This document shows, one piece after another, positions 1 to 9,165 of a DNA stretch of 64,000 bases (positions are counted from its first letter, which is position 1; each line of letters opens with the position of its first letter). The DNA comes from Kofleriaceae bacterium. GTDB taxonomy: Bacteria; Myxococcota_A; Polyangia; Haliangiales; Haliangiaceae. A model generated the notes under the pieces. It saw nothing but the letters and a program-made list of their open reading frames with translations. It was not told where the DNA came from and made no database searches. Made by a program: the position numbers and the translations under genes. The stretch covers positions 1 through 64,000 of the forward strand of contig CBDCCZ010000027.1 in assembly GCA_965215005.1 (NCBI GenBank). The letters run 5' to 3'.

Positions 1-700
1 TCGGGCGCCTCGACGAGGCGCGGGAAGTGGGACCTTAGCGCCGCGAGCCCCTCGGCGTCGAACGCGCCGGGGTAGACGAGCGCCGTCTGCTCGTCGAGCG
101 GGCAGAGGCACGTGTCGAGGTGGTAGAAGTCGGGGTCCTCGAGCTCCAGCGGGACGACCGGGAACCCGAGCCGCGCTCCGAGCCGGTCGTACACCTGGCG
201 GTCGGTGCGGTAGCCGTAGCCGCCCCAGAGGAGGGTAGCGGCCGGGGTGCCAGAGCGCGTCGCCCATCCCCTCGAAGTCGCCCGGGAGGTCGGGGTCGAG
301 GCCGTGGACCTCGTAGCCCTGGCCCTCGAAAAAAGCGCCGGTAGTGCTCGACCTCCGGCTTCCGCTGCGGCGCGTGCATCCGGCTCAGGACGGCCCCGCG
401 AGCGCCGCCCGGCGTCTGGTACGGGAGCGTCTGGTTGGCGCAGAACACCATGTCCGGGAGGCCGGCCGCCCCGCCCAGCACGCTCACGTCGAGGGCCCAG
501 GCGCCGGTAGGCGTCGCGGAGCCCCTCCCACTGGTGCCGCGCCCGGTCGCTGGTCGACGTCGTCCACGTTCCCCGCCATGTGCGGGTTGATGACGTAGGC
601 GACCTCGAAGTGGTCGGGCGTCGTGAGCAGGGACGCGCCCGGGCCGGGGGATGGCGGGGAGGGCGCTGACGTCGAACGGGGCGGGCGGCGGTCACGGGCG
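1..700 (-). pseudogene. Amidinotransferase / arginine deiminase-like family protein, multiply frameshifted, runs off the window start (5' limit approximate)
   Basis: Motifs TPDHFEVAYVINPHM, GLPDMVFCANQ, FEGMGD and FYHLDTCLCPLD are recovered in successive minus-strand frames. The frameshifts may be sequencing errors. Confidence 0.75.
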
Positions 701-811
701 AGCGCGGGCGGGTGGTGGGGCGCAAATCTACCCCCGGTCGCACGCCCCGCCCGGAGCGCCGGCCACCCCGCCCCGGGGCTATCGCGTCCTCCGCTGAAAC
801 CCCCTTGCCCT

Positions 812-891
812 GTCATCCTGAGGAGCGCCAGCGACAGCCTGGCCTGAGTCCCCGAAGGGAAGGACCTGCTCGCAGGACGCTTCAGGATGAC
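812..891. repeat. REP-like palindromic element bounded by GTCATCCTGA / TCAGGATGAC
   Basis: Perfect 10-bp inverted repeat at 812-821 and 882-891 in an intergenic gap. Confidence 0.6.
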
Positions 892-967
892 GCGGGCGGG
901 GCGTACGCGGAGCCCGCCGCCCCGCCGCCCCGCCGTGCCGGTTGCGTGGGGGGCGGGGCGGCGGCCC

Positions 968-1500
968 TTACTCGCTGCGGGCGGCGCGGAGGAAGTCCGT
1001 CGTCAGGAACGCCTCCACTTCGACGCCGCCGTCGCGGGCCTCGACCTCGGCCCGGTCGAGGACGTCGAGCGCGGGCCGGCTCGTCCTTGACCCCCATCTT
1101 GGCCGCCGCGATGCCACCGCGGAGCGCGTCTGCCACGTCGCCCGTGTCCGGTCCCGGCCCGCGTGACCACGAAGGCGCGGACGGGGGACGCCGTCGTCGC
1201 CGAACGCCATCGAGAGGACGACGCCCGTCGGCGGCCCGGGCGGCAGAGCGCCGCGGGCGGGGCGTCGTCGGGGACCGCCCCGCCCATCCGGTCGAGGCCG
1301 CGGGCGACGAACCACGCGCCGTCGGGGTACTGGACGCGGTCGAGGAGCGCCTGGAGCTCGGCCGTCGGCGCCTGCCCGGCCGTCCCCAGCCGGTCGGACC
1401 ATCTGGCCGAGCGTGGCCTCGTCGCCGCCCAGGATCATCTGGCCGTTGACGAGCGCGAACCCACCCTCCGCCCGCCGTCGTCGCCGGTCGCGAGGTCCAT
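968..1500 (-). pseudogene. Hypothetical protein, C-terminal part, frameshifted and 5'-truncated
   Basis: Coding-like segments in alternating frames (GFALVNGQMILGGDEATLGQMV; LQALLDRVQYPDGAWFVARG; LDRAEVEARDGGVEVEAFLTTDFLRAARSE*). Confidence 0.45.
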
Positions 1501-2298
1501 TCGCGCCCGCGACGCCGATGGCAGCGAAGAGCCGTGGAACGACGAAGCGTTGCTAGAGTACGTGCGCCAGCCATCGCGACGCCGGACCGCTGGTGCTGGC
1601 GGTCAATGCGCCGCTTACCGTGCCTGCTTGTGTTCGCTGCCGCGAAGCGGTGTGTCCCGGGCAGGAGCAATGCTCGGTACCGGCGGTGCAGTGGATGCAG
1701 AGCGAGGGCGCCGCCATCGTCGAGCAAGCGGCATTGAGCGATCGCGACCGCATCGCGGTGATTCCGCGCGCGCGCGGCGGCGCCGCCCCTCGCACGCGGC
1801 TGCCACCGGTGACCTTGCCGCGGCTGGTGCCGTATAGCCACCGCGCCACCGAAATCGCCCTGCACTATCAGCGAGGATTACTGCCGCGCGGCTGTCTGGG
1901 TGTATGAGCACGGGCCCCGTAGCGGCGCGGGCCATCCACCTGCGCCGCATCCTCGCTCAGCTCGGGCTGCGCCTGAACCACGACCTCCTCGAGGTTATCG
2001 CCCCGAGCCACCGTCCGTGCGTTGTTTGGAGCCGCTCTGGCGCGCGGCTACAAGCGCGACGCCGATCCGTGGGCGACCCGCGCGTGCTTGGTCGATCAGC
2101 TCGAAGACCTGCGCTTTGCCCTCACCAGCCGGTTGTCGAAGGAGGAGGTCCTGCAGAGCGACCATTGCTTCGAGGCGCTGCTCAGTGCCTACACCGCGTA
2201 TCTATGGGCGCGCGACGGCTGGTCCATGCCCGACAGCGACGTGTTCGAAGCCGACGGCTGGATTTGGGTGCCCCCCCGCCTCCCGTCGCTCGCCGTAA
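1495..2298 (+). pseudogene. DUF429-like (predicted nuclease) protein, N-terminus missing, several frameshifts
   Basis: Segments [14 protein letters not shown] / [18 protein letters not shown] / GPVAARAIHLRR / [37 protein letters not shown] in different frames. Confidence 0.55.
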
Positions 2299-2307
2299 CT
2301 TCGCGGC

Positions 2308-2833
2308 TCAGCCTGCCGCTTCGAGCGGGATGGCATTGGCGAGGAAATCCAGCCACAACGCGTGGGCCGAATCGCCACCGACCCGCACCGCCACCGCCGG
2401 CAGCGTGCGTGGACGCACCGGCCGGCGCCGAAGCCGTAGGCTGGCCTGCTCGGGCGTACGGTTGCCTTTGCGCCGGTTGCACCGGGGCGCAGCAGGTCAC
2501 CACGTTGTCCCAGCTGGTCGCGCCGCCTTGGGAGCGCGGCACCACGTGGTCGAGAGTGAGCTCGCCGCCATCCCCGCAGTACACGCAGCGGTTGCCGTCG
2601 CGGAGGAACACGTTCTTGCGCGAGAAGGCGATCCGCACCGTGTGTCGCTTGACGAAGCTATGCAGCCGCACCACCGCCGGCGTCTGGACCCGCCAAGACA
2701 CCGCGCGGAGCAAGTATTCGTATGACCGCACCACCTCGACCTTACCCAGGTAGACCATCGTGACAGCCCGCTGCCACGAGATCACCTTCAACGGCTCGTA
2801 GGTCGAGTTCAGCAATAACGTACGTTCGGCCAT
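2308..2833 (-). CDS. HNH endonuclease (McrA-like), one frameshift near 2480
   Basis: [49 protein letters not shown], continuing as [13 protein letters not shown] in the neighbouring frame to the stop at 2308. Confidence 0.85.
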
Positions 2834-3003
2834 CCCCGTGGAAAAGAGTAGCCTGCCGTGAACATACCGGCAAACCACCGGCATCACGCTCGCGTCCCCG
2901 ACGCCGCGCCAACCACCACAGAGGCTCGCTAAATCGCCGACTTGAAGCCGTTTGCGAGCACGCCGTGAGCTCCGTGAGCGCCTCCCCAAGCAATTGTTGC
3001 TTT

Positions 3004-3044
3004 GCTAGCGGTTAATGACGTGCGCCATTAACCGAACCGCTAGC
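3004..3044. terminator. Hairpin just downstream of the UPF0158 gene (possible terminator)
   Basis: CGGTTAATG (3009-3017) / CATTAACCG (3026-3034), with alternative outer pairing GCTAGCGGTT / AACCGCTAGC; no clear poly-U tail. Confidence 0.35.
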
Positions 3045-3723
3045 CGGCGACGCGCCGACGGTCGCCGTTGTCACCAGAGGCTCCCGCCACCAGCGCCTGC
3101 GCACCGCGCTCGCGGAGGAACTCGAGGAAGGCGATCGCACTGGGAAGATCGATAGCGGGAATGCTGTCTATCAGCTCGCGCGCTTGCCGGCGCAGCGCCT
3201 CCCCTGGCGCCTCGGTACCGTGAACGATTTTCTGCGTTGCCTGCGGCAGCTCCGGCGGCGGCTCGGCGCTTCCCCACGGAGCCGGCTCGGCGGGAAGGAT
3301 CTCGTTTTCTTGCAGCCAGTTGTGGATATGCCAATGCAGCAGGTCGGAGCGGTAGCTAAACCAACGTTCTCGCTCCGCAGGGTAGGCGATCAAGACGTCT
3401 TTGAAGCGTCTAAACGCGCCTTTGCCGTCGATCGAAATGATCAGCCGCTCGCGCAGCGCGTCGTCTTCTACCGAGGTTACGAACCGCTCCATCCAGCGAT
3501 ACTGCTCGCGCGAGGAAGCCGGCTCGATGCGAATGAAATCGCGAATGTTGTCGGCGACCTTCTGCTTGAGGATGCCGGCCTCCGGATCGCCGGCCACAAT
3601 CGTCACCACCTGCCCCGTCGTCAGATCGAGAAAGCTCTCAGTGTCGGGCGCATTGCGTTCGACGGAGGTCTCGAGGTCGTCCCAGTGAACAGGGACGGTC
3701 GGTGGTTTGCGTTTGTCGGACAT
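3040..3723 (-). CDS. UPF0158 family protein
   Basis: [38 protein letters not shown] signature. Confidence 0.85.
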   Translation of the reverse strand: MSDKRKPPTVPVHWDDLETSVERNAPDTESFLDLTTGQVVTIVAGDPEAGILKQKVADNIRDFIRIEPASSREQYRWMERFVTSVEDDALRERLIISIDGKGAFRRFKDVLIAYPAERERWFSYRSDLLHWHIHNWLQENEILPAEPAPWGSAEPPPELPQATQKIVHGTEAPGEALRRQARELIDSIPAIDLPSAIAFLEFLRERGAQALVAGASGDNGDRRRVAG

Positions 3724-3846
3724 CTGACGCTCTACGGGTAGAGGTGGAGTTCGGGATTCCTAATCATTCAACGGTAGTGTGCGACCGTGACCTTTGCAAG
3801 GACGGGCCGGTGACACCTGCCGGGTTGTTCCTCGCCGGCTGCAGAC

Positions 3847-3874
3847 TTGACAACCTGTGGACACTCTGTAGGAT
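3847..3874 (+). promoter_or_regulatory. Putative sigma70 promoter upstream of rpoZ
   Basis: TTGACA-N16-TAGGAT. Confidence 0.4.
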
Positions 3875-3938
3875 CCGCCGTTCCGGGCCCTATGGGGTTC
3901 GACATCGCTCTGCTCCCGCTCTCGTCCAAAGGTTTTTC

Positions 3939-4181
3939 GTGGCACGCGTAACCGTCGAAGACTGTCTTGAGAAAGTTCCCAACCGGTTCGCCCTGGTGAT
4001 CCTCGCGTCAGACCGAGCGCGGCAGCTGTCGCGTGGCGCCGAGCCGCTGGTGGACTGCGACAATAAACCCGCCGTCACCGCGCTGCGGGAAATCGCCCAC
4101 GGCGACGTTCGTTTCCGTGAGGACGTCCTGGAGATCATCAAAGAGTTCATCAACGAGCGCCGCGCCGCCGGTTTCATGTAA
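3939..4181 (+). CDS. rpoZ: DNA-directed RNA polymerase subunit omega
   Basis: (M)[44 protein letters not shown] start. Confidence 0.95.
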   Translation: MARVTVEDCLEKVPNRFALVILASDRARQLSRGAEPLVDCDNKPAVTALREIAHGDVRFREDVLEIIKEFINERRAAGFM

Positions 4182-4280
4182 GCCGCGGCTGGCCGAGCCC
4201 CGGCCTCGCGTGCCTCGCGTGATCGGAGGCCGGGTTCGAAAAGTTGCCCCGCGACGCGGAGCTGCTCGATAACGCTGGCG

Positions 4281-5081
4281 ATGGAGTCGTCTCGCGTGGA
4301 GCGGAGCCGGCCGATTCCCATGGACATCGAAGAGCCACTGGGGCCCGCCGAGCTCGTCCGTCTCCTGTATAAGCTCGGGCTGGCGCAAGCCACCGGTGTT
4401 CTCGACGTCACCGCTGCCGTGCCGCGCCATCTGGTGTTGCGGCGCGGCGCGCTCATCACCACCGACGTGCAAAGAGCGCGGGCGCTGCTGGCGTGCCTGG
4501 TGGCCCAACAACCGTGCAGAGCGCGCTTCGAAGGCGGCGTGGCAGTGTACCCTCCCGGCGGCCGCCAAAGGCCGCTGCCACTTGGTCCGTGGGCTCGCGA
4601 GCATCTCGAGCGGCAGGTCGATGGCGCCACCGCCAGAGCACTGGCTGCGCAGCTCGCCGGCGCTCGACTGGCGGTGCGGCATGAACGCGCTCCGGACCCC
4701 GCCTGGTGTGACGACACCGACCGCCGCATTCTCGCCGCGCTGTCCACCCCCCAGCGCCTCGAGCAGCTGGTCACCGGCGCCCGCGCCCCGCGCTTCCGGC
4801 TCGCCTGCTTTCTGTACTTTCTCCGCCACGTTGGAGCGCTGCGCGTCGAAGGAGTCGTGGTCGCTGCACCGGCTCCCGAACGCCGCGCCGCCGAACAACA
4901 GCTCGGGCTGCCCGCCGGCGCCGATCGCGACGCCACCCGCCGCGCCTACCGCCGGCTCGCGCGCGCCCTGCACCCCGACCTCAACAGCGAGGTGAGCAGC
5001 GAGCGGCGCGCCGATCTCGAGCGCACTCTGGCCGCGGTGACCTGCGCCTATCGCCGGCTCACCCGGCCCGGCACCATCTGA
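4281..5081 (+). CDS. J-domain-containing protein (C-terminal DnaJ domain)
   Basis: C-terminal LGLPAGA..RRAYRRLARALHPD motif. Confidence 0.75.
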   Translation: MESSRVERSRPIPMDIEEPLGPAELVRLLYKLGLAQATGVLDVTAAVPRHLVLRRGALITTDVQRARALLACLVAQQPCRARFEGGVAVYPPGGRQRPLPLGPWAREHLERQVDGATARALAAQLAGARLAVRHERAPDPAWCDDTDRRILAALSTPQRLEQLVTGARAPRFRLACFLYFLRHVGALRVEGVVVAAPAPERRAAEQQLGLPAGADRDATRRAYRRLARALHPDLNSEVSSERRADLERTLAAVTCAYRRLTRPGTI

Positions 5082-5143
5082 GCACGACCGCGTCGTTGCC
5101 GTGCCGACGCCTAGCCTCATCGCGCCGCGCCTCGTAGTACCGT

Positions 5144-5557
5144 TTGACCATGTCTGCCTCCGACCTTGCCGCCGACGCAGTGGCGCTCGCCGACCGCGTC
5201 GCCGACTTGCGGCTCGATCGCGTTGGCGAGCCCGCCGTGACGCGCGATATCGAGGCGCTCGCGGTCCTCGCCCGCGCCTGCGGTGCCCAAACCGGCCAAT
5301 CGGCCGCCCTCGCTGGCCTCGCTCGAGCGATTGCGCGCGCCCTCGAGCTTTTGGCGGCACAGCAACTACCGGCGGATTTCGCGCTCGTTCTGCTCGCCAG
5401 TAGCGCCCGCACTCTCGCCCTCGGCTCCGCTGGCCGCCTCGAGACAACCGCCGTGGAGGCGGCACGCTACGAGCTCGAGATGCTGTTTCCCACCGCAGCG
5501 CAGCCATCTCAACCTGCCTTCGTCCCGCTAACTGCTCTCAAGCGCCGCCTGCCGTAA
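5144..5557 (+). CDS. Hypothetical protein
   Basis: Helical, Ala/Leu-rich ORF with coding-like codon use, co-oriented with its neighbours. Confidence 0.55.
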   Translation: MTMSASDLAADAVALADRVADLRLDRVGEPAVTRDIEALAVLARACGAQTGQSAALAGLARAIARALELLAAQQLPADFALVLLASSARTLALGSAGRLETTAVEAARYELEMLFPTAAQPSQPAFVPLTALKRRLP

Positions 5558-5627
5558 AGATCTCGGCATCAAGCTGCGCGTTTGCGCGTGGCAGTCGAGC
5601 CGCCAGACGCGCTATCGTCCCGGCGTT

Positions 5628-7520
5628 GTGGTGATGGACGATGGCAACAGGGCGACGGGGAATCGGGAATCCATCGACGCAGAGCGCTCGCTCGCGCTCC
5701 TCCGCGCGATCTTCGGCGCCTCGCCCGAGCCGATCGGCGTCGTGAGCCAAGGGCGCATCTACTTCGCCAATCAAGCGCTCGTGCAGCTGCACGGCTACAG
5801 CGGCGAGCACGAGCTGATCGGCAAGCACGCCATCATGCTGGTCGCCCAGCCGTGGCAACCACAGGTTCTCGAGCTCATTCGCCGGCGCGCAGCGGGCGAC
5901 CCGGTGCCGCCGGTCCATCGCGTGGGTGCGGTGCGCAGCGATGGCACCGGTTTCACTGCGGAAGTTCGCAACACCACGTTTGAGCTTGGAGGGCGCAGCT
6001 ACAGCCTGCTGGGAGTTCGAGACGCCACCGAGCTCGAACGTCTGGAGCAGCTGCAACGGCAAAACTCCGAGCTCTACCGCGCGATATTCGAGGTCAACAC
6101 CGCCGTCAAGCTACTCATCGACCCGAGCGATGGTCGCATCGTCGCCGCCAACGCCGCGGCGGTGGAGTTCTACGGATGGCCTCGCGGGCAGCTCGAACAG
6201 ATGCGCATCAACGACATCAACGTCTTAACCGACGAGGAGATTCAAGCGGAGATGCGAGCCGCCAATAGTGGTCGACGGCGATACTTCCGCTTCCGCCATC
6301 GCACCGCAAATGGCCAGATTCGGCACGTCGAGGTGCATTCGGGGCCGCTCTCGCTCGATGGCGCCGAGCTCCTCCTGTCGATCGTCCACGACGTCACCGA
6401 GCGCGATGAGCTCGCCGCCGAGCTCGATCGCTCACGACGCCTCGAGGCCATCGGCCGGCTCGCCGGCGGCGTTGCTCACGACTTCAACAACCTGCTCACG
6501 GTGGTCATGAGCTCCGCCCAGCTGTTGTCCCGCACGGTAACCCAAAAGCCCGGGCTTGCTGACGACTGCATAGCCGACATCCTGCGAGCTTCCGAGCGCG
6601 CCGCCGAGCTCACGCGCAAGCTGCTGGCCTTCAGTCGCCGGCAAATCATGCACACCGAGCCTGTGCAAGTGTCTGCCGTGATCGCCAACGTTTGCGAGAT
6701 TCTCGAGCGCACGTTGGGGCCCCGCATCGAGCTGGTCCGCGCCATCGAAGCCGACTTGCCTCCGGCGCTCACCGATCGCGGCAAGCTCGAGCAGGTATTG
6801 ATGAACGTGGCGCTCAACGCCCGCGATGCGATGCCCGAAGGCGGCGTGCTCGAGCTCAGCGCACGCCGTCGCTGCGCCGGCGAAGAAGGCCAAGACTGCG
6901 TCGAGCTCGCGGTTACCGACTCGGGCATCGGCATGGATGAAGGGACTCGCGCGCACGCCTTCGACCCGTTCTTCACCACCAAGAACACCAGCCACAGCGC
7001 CGGCCTCGGCCTCGCCACCGCATACGGCGTGGTCACGCAAAGCGGCGGCACGATTGCCGTCCAGAGCGCCCCTGGCCAAGGAACCACCGTCACCATCCAG
7101 CTGCCAATCGCTGCAGCCGAAGCACCGAGTGCGCCGCGGCGAGTCGTCGCGAGCAGCAAGAGCGCAGGGCGCCGCATCCTGCTCGTCGATGATACCAGCG
7201 AAGTCCGCTGCGCTCTGAGCCAGTCGCTGCGCGCGGAGGGCTACGTGGTGCTCGAGGCCTCTAGCGCCGCCGAGGCTCTCGAGCGCGCCGACAAGGCCAG
7301 CTTTGACGTTTTAGTGAGCGACGTGGTGATGCCGGGGCTGTCGGGGATCGAGCTGGCGCGACAGCTTCTGAGCGCGCGGCCGGAGCTGCCGGTGTTGTTG
7401 ATTTCCGGCGATCTTCGCCACCACGACCTCGCATTGCCTGGCGGCGTCGAGTTCTTGCAGAAGCCATTCGACGCACCTCGGCTGATCGCGCGCATCGAGA
7501 GCCTGCTCACGAAGACATAG
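5628..7520 (+). CDS. Hybrid PAS-PAS sensor histidine kinase / response regulator
   Basis: Two PAS domains, H-box GGVAHDFNNLL, N/G/F boxes (NARDAM, DSGIGM, FDPFFTTK, GLGLA), C-terminal receiver (LLVDD..SDVVMP..KPF). Confidence 0.92.
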   Translation: MVMDDGNRATGNRESIDAERSLALLRAIFGASPEPIGVVSQGRIYFANQALVQLHGYSGEHELIGKHAIMLVAQPWQPQVLELIRRRAAGDPVPPVHRVGAVRSDGTGFTAEVRNTTFELGGRSYSLLGVRDATELERLEQLQRQNSELYRAIFEVNTAVKLLIDPSDGRIVAANAAAVEFYGWPRGQLEQMRINDINVLTDEEIQAEMRAANSGRRRYFRFRHRTANGQIRHVEVHSGPLSLDGAELLLSIVHDVTERDELAAELDRSRRLEAIGRLAGGVAHDFNNLLTVVMSSAQLLSRTVTQKPGLADDCIADILRASERAAELTRKLLAFSRRQIMHTEPVQVSAVIANVCEILERTLGPRIELVRAIEADLPPALTDRGKLEQVLMNVALNARDAMPEGGVLELSARRRCAGEEGQDCVELAVTDSGIGMDEGTRAHAFDPFFTTKNTSHSAGLGLATAYGVVTQSGGTIAVQSAPGQGTTVTIQLPIAAAEAPSAPRRVVASSKSAGRRILLVDDTSEVRCALSQSLRAEGYVVLEASSAAEALERADKASFDVLVSDVVMPGLSGIELARQLLSARPELPVLLISGDLRHHDLALPGGVEFLQKPFDAPRLIARIESLLTKT

Positions 7521-7605
7521 CGCCACGCGGAAAACGCAATGGCACGCACCGCATTAACGGTCACACTGTAGGTTCTCGCCGCCGGGAGCAGCGAATGGAG
7601 AGTTT

Positions 7606-8902
7606 GTGGCCATTCATCGATCCTGCACCGTCGCCGGCGATTCCTTTGTCGGACGCGATGACGAGCTGGCGGCCATCGCAAGCGCATTCGAAGCCGGAGC
7701 GCAGCTGGTCAGCTTGCTGGGATTCGGAGGGATCGGCAAGACCCGCATTGCGCGCGAGAGCGCCAGTGAGCAGCGTCTCGAGGCGTGTTTCGTCGACGCC
7801 AGCGAATGCCGCTCGCGCGATAGCTTGGTGGCCCGTGTTGCGACGAGCCTTGGCATTCCCAGCGATGCCAGTGACGAGGCAGTGGCCGCGGTGCTGCGGC
7901 GGCGCTCCCCGCTGCTTCTGATTCTAGACAACCTCGAGCAGGTCGTCGAAGCGGCCGCGGAGTGCCTGAGACAGTGGCGGCCAGGAGCGCCGCGCGTTCG
8001 TTTCTTGACGACCTCGCGCATGGCCCTTGGTCTCGCCGGAGAGCATCGCATCTACTTGCGTCCACTGAGCCACGACGATGCTCGGGCGTTGTTCGTAACC
8101 CGCGCGCGGGAGGTCGATCATCATTTCGAAACCCATGACGGCGATCAGGCGCTCGAGCGCCTGATGCAGCGTCTGGAGGGTATTCCGCTGGCGATCGAGC
8201 TCGCCGCCGCGCAGGTGCGAACACTGCCGCTCCAGCGACTGGCCGCGCGCCTGGCGACCAGCTTTGCGGCGCTGCGCAGTCATCGCCGTGATGTCGCGGG
8301 GCGCCAAAGCACCCTCGGAGCCACTCTGGAGTGGTCGTGGGCTCTGTTGACTGAGGTCGAGCAGCTGGTGCTGGCGCAGTGCAGCGTCTTTCGCGGCGGC
8401 ATGTCGCTAGAGGCTGCCGAGGCCGTGCTCGACGCCGGCGGCGATGATGCGCTCGCCGTGGTGCAGAGTCTTTGTGATACGGGCGGTCGCGCTACAGCGC
8501 GCGCTCGGTGATCCGCACGCCGACCTCACCCGCCTCAACCTCGCCGAGCTCCACGCGCAGCTCGGAGATCGCGAGGTCGCGCTAGCAGAGTGTCGTGAGC
8601 TGCTCGCCGCGGCGCGAGCCGGTAGCGCCTCGCCGACCTGTGGCAACCCATTTGCCGTTGCCGCGCACGTTCACGTGGCCCTGGGCGATCCAGCCGCGGC
8701 AGTCACTCTCGCGGATGAGGGGCTTGACTGGCTACGCCCTGAGCGCGACCGCCGCTACGTTCTCTCGACCCTCACCACTCATTGCCACGGGGGCCCCGAT
8801 GGTCCCTCCTCGGGCAAAGCCGAATGGCGACTGTCGCCGCCACGCAAGTTCAACTGGTGGTTTGGCACTACCAGCGATTTGCCCTGGCTACTGCAGCGCT
8901 AG
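7606..8902 (+). pseudogene. Decayed STAND/NB-ARC-type ATPase-TPR regulator with internal deletion and frameshift
   Basis: FVGRDDEL, Walker A GFGGIGKT, Walker B LILDNLEQ, LEGIPLAIELAAA. The frame breaks after VQSLCD (~8478) and a TPR-like fragment follows in another frame. Confidence 0.7.
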
Positions 8903-9165
8903 CACTTCAACCACCTCTTGCGGCTCCGCGCGCCCCAGCGACGGAGCCGCGTCTCTTCATCCGCCGCGGCTTTGCTCGCCGCGCCAGCTGAGGGCGGTGA
9001 CCGCCGCTCAATGTGGCAAAGGTCCCACCTAAGCGGCATTCCGTCGACGCTCATCAAGAACTCATTGCGTTCCCCATCGCGCCCGAGCTAAAGAGCGCTC
9101 ACGAATCGCGCCTGCGCCGGTTCGCAACGCGCTGCATCGGCTGTGTAGCTGTGGGAGAGGGCAAC

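Noticed and set aside
1495..2833. Convergent DUF429-like and HNH nuclease genes as a defence system or programmed frameshifting
   Set aside because: Both are common stand-alone genes, and the frameshifts cluster in the error-rich end of the sequence.
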